This document shows, piece after piece, positions 36,909-49,724 of a DNA stretch of 64,000 nucleotides. The notes beneath the pieces are model-generated. The model worked only from the letters and a program-made list of their open reading frames with translations. It made no database searches and had not been told where the DNA came from. The DNA lies in contig CM052818.1 of NCBI GenBank assembly GCA_028534125.1, forward strand, positions 43,340,001 through 43,404,000, read 5' to 3'. Source of the stretch: Lama glama. Lineage: Eukaryota. Numbering within the stretch: position 1 is the first letter of the stretch; every line of letters begins with the position of its first letter. Made by a program: the position numbers and the translations under genes.

Positions 36909-37893
36909 AGTAGTGAACAAACCAGGCTCAAAAATAAATGCTTTATATCAAAATTCACCGATAACAATCTTTGAATGATGATTACATACTAAAGGTGAGA
37001 GGTATCTTACTATCTCAATAAAAGCAGTATAAGGAAAAAAATGTTTCAGCAGTTTCAAAGACAACTTACAGAAGTAAATCCTGTTATTTAAGCAGTTTCT
37101 GAAGATGTTGAAATCTTGGTTTAAAGATCAAAGACTGTACAGGTTTTTCAAGCACTCTTTTCTTTGTCTCATTCCTCTAGCCCACTAGTCCCTGCAGCTA
37201 GAGAACTGAAATCATGAACCCGTCTGCGTCCTGAGGGTTATTGATGTCTGGTTCTCCAGCCATGTTCAGAAGATGTCACTTACATGCCAAAGTGGCAGCC
37301 TAGCCTAGAAACAAGTTGGCATGACACCAACAAATTAAGCAGAGAAAAGAAAAAAAAAAAACTTCAAAGTACATTCTAAGCCATAAAAATGTCTAAAAGA
37401 ACTTTCAAACTGCATGGCTGAATGACACCAACACAAACTCTCTTGAATTTAAGGCCCCCATACTAGACAGTGTAAATCGTTTATTTGGCTCCAAAGAATT
37501 CTCTCTAATGCCATTTTTGTTCATGATTTAAAAAAAAAAACCTTTTTCACAGCATTGTAATTTTCTGTCAAACTACTTTAAAGAGAAGGAAAGCCTTCTT
37601 CTCTCTCCCTTCATCCTAATGCTAAACCACACAGGCAGGGTGATGACATGCTGCCCTCAGGGCTCTAAAAACCACAATTCCCTGCAAATAAACAGAAGGC
37701 AAATCTTCCACATACGAGACGCCTGTACGTGTTATTTTATGGTGGTGGCCACGTGGTGATAACTTCCGTGAAGGGCTGTGAAGGCCTGAGACTCCACTCT
37801 TGGGGCAGAAGGAGTGTGCTGTAAAGTTCAGAGAGACAGGAAGAGTCGTGGATGGGTCTAATCTGGAGAGTGAGGAGGGGCCCCTGTCTATCA

Positions 37894-38220
37894 CAGGCTC
37901 ACCTCATTTCATTGCACTTCGCAGATACTGCATTTATATTTTTTTTTAACAAATTGAAGCTTTGTGGCAACCTTGTGTCAAGCAAGTCTATTGGTGCCGT
38001 TTTTCCAACATTATTTTTTAATTAAGGTATGTTAATACATAGTTGTTGTTTATTTTAAAGACATAATGCTGTTGCACACTTTAAAGACTACAGTGTAGTT
38101 TAGACATAACGTTTATATGTCCTGGGAAACCCCCACATTTGTGTGACTCCCTTTATTGTGATATTTGCTTTTTTTGCAGTGGTCGGGAATCAAACCCATA
38201 GTATTTCCGATGCACGCCTA
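37894..38220 (+). mobile_element. Tigger1-derived internally deleted element (TcMar-Tigger MITE)
   Basis: caggctcacctcatttcattgcacttcgcagatactgc...acaaattgaag.tttgtggcaacc...agcaagtctattggtgcc; the right end gatgcacgccta plus TA corresponds to the TIR gaggtatgcctg/TA. Confidence 0.9.
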
Positions 38221-38829
38221 TAGTCTAAAATGACCACTGCCACCTCTAACTCTGCAGGCAGTTTTAATTGCTGTTACCATCAGACGAATTTTCAAAATTA
38301 CCTTCGATTCAGTGAGACCTTTTATTGGGCTAATTTTATTGCTGAAGCATCATTTAAAATTGGAGCACATAGAGAGCCTTCAGAAGTGGACCCTTTCTCT
38401 CTCTGCCTCCCTCTCCATTCTGTCACGTGCACATCGACATACACACCATGGTTTCTTAAGAGTGCATGGATACAGGTGAATACCCTTTTAACGAGAATCA
38501 CAAGCCTTGTCTCTGTTAGAGGTTTGTCTGGCTAGCATTCCCTCTCTTGATCTGTATTATCATTTTTATCTTACTCCTACTTGTTTTAACTTATTCACTA
38601 ATATTTGTATCATGGGACATTAAAAGGAAATGGGTGAAAATATGTGAAATAGATATATTTCAGTTTATTTCTGGACATAACCTTCTCAAAGAAGTATACT
38701 CTAATCAGAAGGTACGTATGTTTAAAATGTTATGCCTCTTTTTAAGGACTGAAATGTGCTCCCCCCACCACTTTAAGTAACAGGAAGAAATTCAACAGTT
38801 ATTTCACCAAGACGAGATGAGAGCAGCAA

Positions 38830-39290
38830 GGACATAACAGGACTCTTAATATCGTTAGTCTTTAGGGAAATGCAGGTTAAAATCAAGATGACATACCGCT
38901 CACATCTTTTAGAATGCCTAAAATTAAAAAGACTGACAACGCCTGGTATTGTCAAGGATGTGGAGAAATCAGAAATCTTATACCTTGCTGGTGGGAGTAT
39001 AAAATAGCACAACCACTTTGGAAAATACAGTCATTCCACTCCTGGTTATTTACCAAGATAGATGAAGGCATATATCCACATAAGGACTTGCACACCGATG
39101 TTCATGACAGTTTTATTTGTGATAGCCCCACGCTGTAAACAACTGAAATGTCCATGAAAAGATGAATGGATGAGCAAGCTGTCTGTCATATGTCTGTGTA
39201 ATGGGACACTACTTAGTAAGGAAAGGACCACTGATACATGCTGTAACTTGAATGGATCTCAAAATGAATATATTGAATGGAAGTTAGCAG
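38830..39290 (+). mobile_element. Old L1M fragment (ORF2 end/3' UTR)
   Basis: ttagtctttagggaaatgcaggttaaaatc...aaaaagactgacaac...ttgctggtgggagtataaaatagcacaaccactttggaaaa. Confidence 0.85.
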
Positions 39291-40279
39291 CCAAAATGAT
39301 ATGCATAGCTTTAGTATGTCATCACAGTTTCTTTCCCCAAGGTAACACAAATGCCTCTCTTTGAACAAATATCTTATCTAAGATTGTTGTATTTTGGAGG
39401 ACTAGGAATCTCATTTCTATTTCCTATTCTAAGAAATCAGTAGTGTCATTCAACGTCATTAAACCAGTCATAAACAGATTAAATAAGATCTCTATTATTC
39501 TGCCTAACTTTATAGTTTCCTAAAAGAAAAACATGATGAGAAATTCTTTGAAGAAAAAGGATAGCCCCTCAGAGCTACACATTTGTAGTAACATTTTTTT
39601 CCCGTCTGAATCTATAGATTAGCTTTTAGATAATTTATTTTCTAATGATCTCCTTGCTTCAGAATGTCCAACAAATTCTGCAAAACTGTCATAAAATAGG
39701 CCAAATAATATGAGCCTACCTAATTATCCAGTAACATCGACTAGCCTCCACCAATTCTACAACCCAATTAAAAAAAAAATGGTTACCCTAACATCAAACC
39801 TTGGGAAAACTGTACACAAATGACCCATTGCATTCCCCTCCCCACCTCTGACAATTAACGTCTTACATGTTAAAATCTCTTGAGCATTATTGAAAGTGGT
39901 ATTTTGTGTTCTCTTTTTCACCTCCAGAATTCAGTTGTTGCCAGTTCTGTGCCCCCATTATCTATGTAATTTCTGAGCAGCTAAATTGTACCTATACAGG
40001 GTGTCAGAAGGAGCAATCCATGAATCCCACATGGGGCAGAGTCAGCTCAAATGGGGACTGGCAGACTCTCAGATGCCTGTGAATAATAACTGGAATTACA
40101 TGAGGCCAGTCTTGTAGGAAGGTCTTGTGCCTGAAAATGGAAATTCTCTTTTAGAGTACACTATATCCATATGCTATAAGTGGACTAGGTAGGATATAAG
40201 TAAACTATAAGCAAATAAATTAAATTATTGCAGAAGTCATTCTAGTGAAGTCATATATTTGCATTCGTATTAACATATT

Positions 40280-40610
40280 ATGGGGTCAGGAAACTATGAC
40301 CTTTGGGAAAATCTAGCCTGCTTTATATTTCTGTACAGCCTGGAATCTAAAAATTAGTTTTACATTTTCAAATGGTTGAAAAAAATCAAAAGAAGAATAA
40401 TATTTTACAACATATTAAAACTATGAAATTCAAATTTTACTGTCAATAAAGTTTTATTGGAATACAGCCATGCTAATTGGTTCATATGTTATCTATGGCT
40501 CCTTTCACCCTATGCCAGCAGAGTTAAGCAGTTGTGTTAAAGATAACATGAATCATAAATCCTGAAGTATTTACCCTCTGGCCTTTTAGAGAAATGTTTG
40601 CCAACCCCTG
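40280..40610 (+). mobile_element. MER58B (hAT-Charlie MITE)
   Basis: ggggtcaggaaactatgacc...aatggttgaaaaaaatcaaaagaagaataatattt...aataaagttttattggaatacagcca...gtttgccaacccctg. Confidence 0.9.
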
Positions 40611-43199
40611 CATTAAAGTAATCCAGGACCCTAACTCCTATATATTATACCTGTTTTTTTTTTCAGTTTGATATAATTAATGTCGGGAACACAATCTGTA
40701 TGCTAAATAAAGAACAATATGTGTATTTCAATAAAAATGGAGACTCCAAGGTATAGATTTTCCAGTAATTTAATACACTGAAGAGAGTATATTAGTAGTG
40801 TCTGTCTCTATCCAACTATGTGCCATTAAGCAAATGTATTAATAATTTTACACTGTAATAAATAACAAGTAAAATGTTGACTTGAACCAAATGAATGATT
40901 ACCAATTAACTGTATTCAGCAAAATTAGGAAAAAGTATATAGACTATCATTTCAAAATACTGTCATTTCAAATTTTTATTCAGTTTGGCATAACCTTCCT
41001 TTTTTATTAGACTCTGTTACTCTTAACTGTGGTGTTAAAATATTTTTCTTTTTATGAAGATAGCATAACAGTAGATAGAATTTTATTCTATGTTTCTGAT
41101 TTGTCTTTTTAATTTCCAGTTAAAAACATAGCAACCTAATCACATGTATGTATATTTATACACATACACAGAAGTGTATGCATTTGCAAATAAATAGCCA
41201 CACATGTATGTCTACACACATGTGTATTTATGTGTCAGATATTTTAAAATTCTTTAAACTATTTGTCTAGATGACTTTAATGTCACCTCCATTCTTAAAT
41301 AATTGAATACTTTATACGTAAAGTGTTCAGGTAAGGATTATAGTCTGCATGAGTTTTGAGAAAATATTCTAATCCTTAGAGAATATTAGGGAAAATTTAA
41401 ATGACTAATGCAATATTGGCTATTTGATATAACGGTTATTTCACTGGAATATCTTCTAAAATATTGACTTACATCATATGAGTAGAATCATTTATCCTGT
41501 TTTTTTTTCTTTTTTTCCTGAGAAAACTGCTCTACCAAAGTTTCAGAATTCATCGTGATGCGTTGCTTCTGTGTCTGTAGAAGCGTTTTGAGTGCCTTCT
41601 CCTCTCCCACAAGCACCTCGTGAACTGACTGCCCATATTACGTGTCAGAACAAACGACCAGCTGCTCTCAGAAAATAGGGCAATTCCTATCACAGCCTCC
41701 ATTCTAAACTTTTTTGTCTTTATGGGCAATTCAAACAATGTGACTTAGGAAATACATCTATTCTCTTCTGACAGTAGGTGCCCAATTACTTACAGATATA
41801 ACTTGTATCTATTGATCTCTATTGAATTTCCTTTGTCCTCAAAAACCTTCTAGGAATTCTCTAAAACTTTATGTGTGTGTGTGTGTGTGTTTTAAAGTGT
41901 AAAAAAATGAAAACCCTAGGGAGCTTATGTGTACAAGAGTAATTCTGATATGTTCCATCCATCTGCACCTGTAAAATCCCATAAATTGTTTTATTTTGTG
42001 ATCACAATTTTATATCTTTTATAAACTTCTCAGTGAAGTCGATTATAGTTCTGGCATCATTTTAGTCATACATCATGACCAATGCATAAAGTGATGTGAA
42101 TTATGAACATTGCACAGAAAAACTCATTATTAGAGAGTAGAAATTAAAAAAATAAAAATATATCTCTTTTATCTACCTCAGATATTATTAATAGAGACAG
42201 ATGAAAATAGTTTTATCAAGATAAGACTAAGAATCTTTAAAGAATAATGAATAATGGGTAAAATACTAAGGATTAAAAGGAAGAGATGCTATCTTATTTT
42301 TTTTAAATATATAAGCAAGTGAATTTTATAAACTTCCAGACTTAGCTTCAAATTAATGTAAGACAAAAGTATATTATAGAAAAAGAATTTCTTAGATTAC
42401 TTAGGAAAAGAAGAGCTGACTCTAACTGGTAACATCATTTCAATAGGTTAAATTCCTGTGAGACAGTCTTTTTTCCTCCTTTAATGAGCTCACTGACTTA
42501 GTAAAGCATGACTGGTGGAAATATGTTTGCAAGTAACTTACGTAAAGCACCCTTCAAGTTATGGGTTGCTCAGTACAATTCATTTGTGCAATGTGGTTGT
42601 CAACAAAAATCTCATGTTATCCTAAATTCAATATAAGAAATAATCTGTTTAGAACAAGAGCAGTAATATTCTGCTCCATCCAGAACTGCCAAAATCACAA
42701 TTGGAGTGCTGGCTTCTCTCCTCAGTTCCACATGCTACAAGCAAAATTAAGAGAAAAGAAAATGTTATCAGTAGAGTGACCAGGGGGTGAGAGGAAAATT
42801 ATGACAATAAAAAAAAGGGGGACAGCATCAAGAACTTTGTAGCTTTTAAGTATGCCCGAGACATACTCGTTTGGATGAGGGATGACTGTACTTGGAATTT
42901 AGTTCTAACTGGATGTAATTAAGTTTATTTTTGATATCTGTCTAATGTTTTTTTTTGGTTTTTTTCTTAGACACAAAAGAGTTCCCTCAAATTATTTGAT
43001 CACTTAGTCTTCCTCCACATATTTTGAAAGCATTTCAGGTTTTAAATTTCTGTTTATACAGGAATCAATTCTAACTAGGTCAAACTCTGTTACATTCACT
43101 TATTTGTCCACAACTAAAACATTTTATTAAACTGTTTTATTTAATGTAACATTATAGTATTTATTGATCTGGAAGGATATGCTCATCCTTAGTCTTGTT

Positions 43200-43482
43200 A
43201 TTATTTTTTATTAAAATACAGTGGATTTACAATATTGTGTTAATTTTTGGTATACAGCAAAGTGATTCAGTTATACATATATATATTCTTTTTCAGATTC
43301 TTTTCCATTATGGGTTATTACAAGATACTGAATATAGTTCCCTGGGCTATACAATAGGACCTTGTTGTTTATCCAGTTTATATAAAGTAGTGTGCATTTG
43401 TTAATCCTGAACTTATAATTTTCCCTTCCCCCTTCCCGTGTGATAACCATAAATTTGTTTTCGATGTCTGTTAGTCTTTTAG
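43200..43482 (-). mobile_element. Cetartiodactyl L1 3' end with ~10-bp TSD
   Basis: gatttacaatattgtgttaatttttggtatacagcaaagtgattcagttatacatat...caagatactgaatatagttccctg; flanked by tagtcttgtt (43190-43199) and tagtcctgtt (43483-43492). Confidence 0.85.
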
Positions 43483-43604
43483 TAGTCCTGTTTAAAAAGA
43501 AAAATGACTATTAACATCAATCAATGTCATCAGTTTCTCCCAGTTCCCTGGAAATTTACAGAAATAGTCAGGTCTGATATAAAGATGGTTAATTGAAGCA
43601 CAAG

Positions 43605-43795
43605 CTTAATGGGATCAAATTCTGTAAAATAACTCCATGATCTGTGGCCATTTCCTAACTTGCCTGAAACTTAAAGAAGTGAATAATAATAATACCTACC
43701 TTGCACTGTTACTATGAGAATTTTAGGAGATGATTCACATACACAACTTGCACATATGTTACATCAGGCATATTCTAAACAGGTTATTACTATAC
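43605..43795 (+). mobile_element. MIR fragment
   Basis: gggatcaaattctg...ataataataatacctaccttgcactgttactatgagaatt resembles the MIR 3' half. Confidence 0.5.
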
Positions 43796-43852
43796 AATTA
43801 TCCATGATGAATTTTAGAAATAAGTTTTAAAATTTTAGAGTTTTCAGAGTGG

Positions 43853-44220
43853 TCATATTAATTTCTTAGGGCTGTCATAACAAAGAACCACAGACATAAA
43901 CATCAGAAACCTGTTTTCTCACAGTTCTCGAAGCTTGAAGTCTGAGATCAAAGTGTTCCTCTGAGGCCTTTCTGCTCACCTTGAAGACAGCTGTCCTCTT
44001 TCTGTGTCTTCACATGTCTTCCCAGTATACGAGTCTGTGTCCTAACTTCCTCTTCTGAGACAGAAACCAGTCATTTTGGATGAGAGCCAGCTCATATGGC
44101 CTCATTTTACCTTAATTACCTCTTTAAGGACCCTACCTCCAAATGAAGTCACATTCTGAGGTACTGGGGGTTGGGACTTCAACATATGAATTTTGAAGAA
44201 ACACAGCTGAGCCCCTAACA
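43853..44220 (-). mobile_element. MLT1B-like MaLR solo LTR
   Basis: tagggctgtcataacaaagaaccacagac...ctcacagttct...ttaattacctctttaaggaccctacctccaaat.aagtcacattctgaggtactgggggttgggacttcaacatatgaatttt. Confidence 0.9.
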
Positions 44221-44284
44221 ACAGTTGTGTCAAGTTCATTTTGGAAAACAGAAAACTGCAATAGTGAATTTTCCCATAGAAATA

Positions 44285-44922
44285 CGCACTTTCATGTTCA
44301 TTGCAGTGGTGTTCAAAACAGCCAACACATGCAGGCAAACTAAATGTCCATCAGTGGTCAAATGGATAAAGAGAATCTGGGATATACATTCCATGGCATG
44401 TTATTCAGCTTTAAAAAAGAAGGAAAGCATGCGGTCTGTGCCAACATAGATGAACCAGGACATTGTGCTAAGGGAAATGAACCAGACACAGAAGGACAAA
44501 TACTACATGACACCATTTGTATGAGGGATCTAAAATAGTCAAATGCAGAGGACCAGAGAGTAGGATGATTTCCAGGGGCTGGAGAGAGAAGGACATGAGG
44601 AAGAATTAGTCAAAGTGTACAAAGTTTCCGTTATGCACATCCTAGTTTTCTGCCATACGACGTAGAGCCGATAGGTGATGATACTGCATTATATTCTTTA
44701 AAAATTGCTAAGAGGGTAAATCTTATGTTAAGCATTCTTACGACACACACACACAAAAGAGGGCAGGAGGAAGCTTTTGGAGGTGATGGGTATGTCTATG
44801 ATGTAGATTGTGGTGAGGCTTTTATGGGTGCATACGTATCTCCAAACTTATCAACTTGTATACATAAAATATGTGCAGCATTGTGTATGTCAACTATATG
44901 TCAATGAAGTGATTTAAAAAAA
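44285..44922 (+). mobile_element. L1MA10/L1MB1-like 3' end
   Basis: ctaaatgtccatcag...gccagacacagaaggacaaatact-like segment, ggaggaagcttttggaggtgatgggtatgtctat...caatgaagtgatttaaaaaaa. Confidence 0.85.
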
Positions 44923-45769
44923 GACTGGTGGCAACCTATCACATATTTATGAGTTTGAAAATACCCACGGTATACATGGTACTTCAATTCTTGGGTGAAA
45001 TATATTACAAGGCAAGAGCTGCAGTCTTGTTTATGGTCTTTCTTCACAATACTACCTCATATTATAGCCTCTAATTCTAGGAAATATGCATTCAATTTTG
45101 TATTCCATACAGAGGTGTATGTGATTAAACCAATAAAAATAAGGCATGTCCTGCAGGTGACCTGAAGGTACTCAAAGACAAGTTAGGTAGATAAGACATT
45201 TAGAACAGAAATAGAAAGAACTTCTAATATAATAAAGCTTAAGTTAAGATTTCAAAAATGAATAAAATTCTGCCACAGAAAGTGGCTGGTATGAGATACC
45301 AAGTCAGAAGAGAAACGGCTCTGTCTGAGACCCGGTGACGGTTTTGGAGTGCAAGTCATGAACTAAAGTGCTCCTTCAGAGAAAGCTTTAGTTTAAGGCA
45401 GAGAAGGATGCAAACGGTAGAACGAGGGATGAAGTCACCTATATTCTTGCTTAAGAGAAACGAGAAAGTGACAGGTTTACAGTTCCCATGAGAATGAAAT
45501 CAGAAGAAATGGTCTAAAGAGTTGACTGAAGACTGTGACTACAGAGATCACTAACTTTTAAATTCATTAATAAGGAAATAGTTTCCACTTTCTGCCCTTA
45601 GGTATGTTTTGAAAACAATCTTTTATAGATAGTCTTTCCAAAAATGTTTGTGTAGATACATCATAGCTTTCAATTTTTCTAGAATCAGGGAAACGTGTAC
45701 AATTTATTTTGTAAATTATTGTTAATAACTCTAGCATTCTACATACTCTGCCAGCCACAGAATGCACTG

Positions 45770-46175
45770 TGCTTTCCCATCTGCTTTAATATGTACATGC
45801 TCCTTCTATTATAGGAATATCCTTTATCCACGCACTGTGCTTCCTGGCTAATTTCTCATCCTGCAAGATTTGATCCATCCACAATGCTCACAGCGATGCT
45901 TCCCCTGATCAGCCACTAATCCTGTGCAACTGCTTCTTTACAACCAAGTTACAGTCCTATGTAACGTTTCCTATGCAACTGCTTGTCATGTTACTACTTT
46001 CAAAATGCTTAACCAAGTTTTCTAAAATTTTGGTTTATTTGCCTATTGTTGTCATAGATTATAAACTATCTCAGAGTAGAACCACAATTTCTAAATATTT
46101 CCATCTTTTGAAATACTATCACACCTGAAAGAGTACAGCTAATTAATGAACACATGTTAAATGAATAAAAGAATG
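45770..46175 (+). mobile_element. L2 LINE 3' fragment
   Basis: tcctggctaatttctcatcctgcaagat...tagattataaactatctcagagtagaacca...catgttaaatgaataaaagaatga (L2 tail). Confidence 0.55.
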
Positions 46176-47384
46176 ATTGAACACACATGAACACAACACA
46201 CTGTCATACCCAGCTACACACATAAACAGGCAGTATCCAAAGTCATGTTCAGAGTGGCATGACCCTAAAATGCATAGCCTTATAATTCCTTTTAAAATGT
46301 CAATGTCATCTGAGATAAATCTGATTCTGAATGTTAGGCATGAAATGATAAATGACAGAGCATACCTCTGAACTCTTGCAGCCAGAGGGGATGCTCAACG
46401 ATGCTACACATGAAGGAGAAAGCATCTATATTCCTGCATAGCACAAAAAACCATTTTCAGCTCAACATGAAAGTTACTTTCATCAAAAGGAGAAAATTAT
46501 AGTAACACTTTTGCTGCAAAGGAGTGTGGCAGAATGCTAAACACAGAGGCAGAACCCAGAATCATCACGTCAGAGAACACAGAGTCCTTAAGTTGAAAAG
46601 AAGCAAAACAGAAAGCTGCAGGGCACCCTAGAGAGAGGCCAGATTTGACTCTTATTAACTGCTGAACTAATGGGTGGCCTTTTGCGAAAAAAAAAATTTA
46701 AAGGACAAAAGATGATTACTACAGGTGAAGCTGGAAAGTGCAATTTAAAAAAATAAGAATCTCTTCATTTAAACTGAGTCAAAGATGGAAAGATTAGGCA
46801 TGCCCCGCAGAAAAAAAGACGTCAACAATTCAGTCACTCCACACCAGTGTCACAGGAGCCTGGACTATTTTGTGGAGTCATGTGAGTGATTCTAAAATTC
46901 ATCTTAGGGGGAAAATGTATGAGAATAATCAGAGAATTTTTGGAAACAATGAAAATAAGATAATCTGCAAAAGGGAAACAATGCATTTTGTGTTATTTCA
47001 AAAGGGTACTATTGACATTTAAAGGGAAAGATCGATGGAATAGAAGATCAATATTTATATCATTTCAATATATTAAAATAGTGGAATTTTAAGTCATTAA
47101 TATAATTTCTAATCAAGTAGTAAGTTAAAGCTGTTCCATTCTGCTCTATTCCCTGAATCACACTGGACTCAGAGCAACAACAGCCCCAATAAAGAAAGAA
47201 CACTTCAAGTTCAGTAAGGATTTTAGCTGTGAAACATTACAATCTCAAATCAATGGCTAAAACTTCTCAAAGTATTAGTATTTCACTAAAATTCCTACCT
47301 CATTTCCTTTTTATTTCGGTTTGTAGCATAATAAAAAGATGCTTTCAGCATCTCCCACGTGATTTATTTTTTATCACATCCCTT

Positions 47385-47510
47385 CTCTCCATCTTTCTCT
47401 CACTCTGTCTCTTCCTGTCTCTCTCCCTCTGCCTCTTTCTGTCTCTCTGCCTCTTTCTCTTTCTCTCTCTCTCCCTCTCTTTCTTTCTCACACACACCCA
47501 CACACATGCA
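47385..47510. repeat. CT-rich low-complexity tract followed by (CA)n
   Basis: ctctccatctttctctcactctgtctc...ctcacacacacccacacacatgcac. Confidence 0.9.
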
Positions 47511-47884
47511 CAGTCATTCCTGCATTCACACAGCAGCGCTCCCTTCTAAAAACTGTCATGTTTCTTGATGACATCATATCAGCTCTCGGTGTACATTTAC
47601 ACTAAATCTTTTTGTCGTCATTATTACAGCTGCTGTATTGTCATTCTTCATTTAATCATCTTTCTTGCTCTCATTTTCTTCAAAATAAGAAGGTCAGTTT
47701 ATGTTAGGTTTTTCTCCTGTCGTTGGGATACTGATTTACCTTTTCATTTCAATTTTTTTTAGATAAATAGAAAACAGAATTACAGGCTGGAACTCCTTTG
47801 GATTCTTATTTCTCTCACGTAAATGAATAGGATGAGGGTTTCCTGTACCAGCTGTGTTAGAGGCAGCATTTGTGATTACAAGGT

Positions 47885-48325
47885 GGTCCCTGTTAGGGTA
47901 AGCTGAGCGATAGAGAGAGAGACAGAGAGAGAGAGATAGGGAGGGGGAAGAAAAAGGAGGAGGAGGAGAAGAGATTCAAGGAATTGATGGATGTGATTTT
48001 GAGGGCTGGCAAGTCTAAAATGTACAGATCCGGCAGGCAGGCCCAGGGAAACCGAGGAAAGAGCTGATGCTGCAGCTTGAGTTCAAAGGCAGTCTGGAGA
48101 CAGCATTCTCTCTGCCTTGGTGTCCTTCAGTCTTTTTCTCTATGGCCTTCAAATGACTGGATGAGGCCCATGCACATTATGGAGGATAACCTGCTTTATT
48201 CAGAGTTTACAAATTTAAATGTTAATTACATCTGAAAAATCCCTTCACAGCAATTTCTAGACTGGTATTTGACCAAATATCTGGCATCATGCCCTAGCGA
48301 AGTTAACATAAGATGAATCATCACA
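47885..48325 (-). mobile_element. MLT2 (ERV-L) LTR, 3' LTR of a deleted provirus
   Basis: gctggcaagtctaaaatgtacag...ggccttcaaatgactggatgaggcccatgcacattatggaggataacctgcttt...tttgaccaaatatctgg...aatcatcaca; left boundary approximate. Confidence 0.85.
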
Positions 48326-49500
48326 AACCATCCTTTGTCAACGTGGCCTCCGTATACTTCTCCTTACACCATACTTAATACCCAAATAAAGACAATAATG
48401 AGGTCATACTCCAGTATAACATGAGACAGCTATCCTGCCTACAACTGAAAACATGTAACATTATCTGCAGAAGAAGATGCAAAGTGCATGGGTGGTATTC
48501 AGTCATCTCCTTGACACCCTATAACTTAAATATTGTAATATAAATGTAACAATATTTAAATATTATGACATAGAATCAACTTATGCTCTATGACAAGGGG
48601 ATAAGAAAAGGAAGAAAACAAAGATTTTATGCACAAAAGCACATGCAGACAAGCATTCATAACAAAATAATGAAGAAATACTCATAACAATTACAGTGCT
48701 TATTTCTGTAATTGTTCATATGGTTATAACTAGTATTTATAACTACCCTCCTTCACTAACCATTCCATTTTCTCTTTGCTCTCAAGAAACATCTCAGCCA
48801 GTTGTGGTTCTTTACCTGCTGGGGTGGTCATAATCTTCATTCCTGAATGCTCTGTGCCATTGGTAGTCCTGACTTAATTGGGTTGTTATATTTGTACATT
48901 GATTTTAATCCTAGGGCATGGTAATAAGAGACACTGTAAGAGATTTCCTGTATTTCAGACATGCTCTCTATATCTCCATTGTGGAGTACCAGTCCAATTA
49001 CCCCTCAGCAATTTGGATCAATCATCTCAGCCAGAACAGTAACTCCCTTCTTTGCCTATTGATTCAGAGACACAATAAACCCAAAGTGGCCAGGTGGCAG
49101 TCTTAACTGCCAGTTCAATGGAATCATTGTTGTGTCACCTGATGGAACCAGTTTTCCCTTTGCAACTAAGACCTTTAGGCCAGCAGAGGAAAAATTCACA
49201 GGGACAGGAAGAAAAAATTTTGTTAGTGGATCACAAAAGATAATAGTGAGTGGTACCACTCCTGTTTCTACTCCTTGATTCACAGACCTGTGAATCTGGC
49301 TGTTGGGAAAAATAGCACCACCATGCACTGAACACCCAACAGCTTCCTGGAGAAACTTACCCAAGCCCTGCACAGCATTGCCACCTAGCTGCTGCTGTGT
49401 AACTGAGTCTGCCAAAGGCTGTTCCACCATTTAGTAAGACCAGCTGCTTCAGGATGGTAGGGAGCATAGTAAGATCAGTGAATTCCATGACCATGGGCCC
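48326..49500 (-). mobile_element. ERV-L internal remnant: integrase C-terminus plus dUTPase pseudo-ORF
   Basis: Minus-strand translation AHGHGIH*SYYAPYHPEAAGLTKWWNSLL (integrase), then GLKVLVAKGKLVPSGDTTMIPLNWQLRLPPGHFGFIVSLNQ*AKKGVTVLAEMIDPNC*GVIGLVLHNG (ERV-L dUTPase); stops and frameshifts present. Confidence 0.9.
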
Positions 49501-49724
49501 ATATCAATAAATTCAGCCTGATCCAAATTTATATTCTTTCCATCTTTATTCCACATCTATAATATCTGTTACCACAAATGTTCCCCAAATTTCTGCTGTA
49601 ACTGTTGGAAAAACTCATGTAGTTCTTTTGGAGTATATAGCACACTTCCTCACTTGTCACACTTTGTATCTCACCTTTAATGGATTTCTGAGATTTGAGT
49701 CTAGTTATAGATCTAAAAGCAAAC

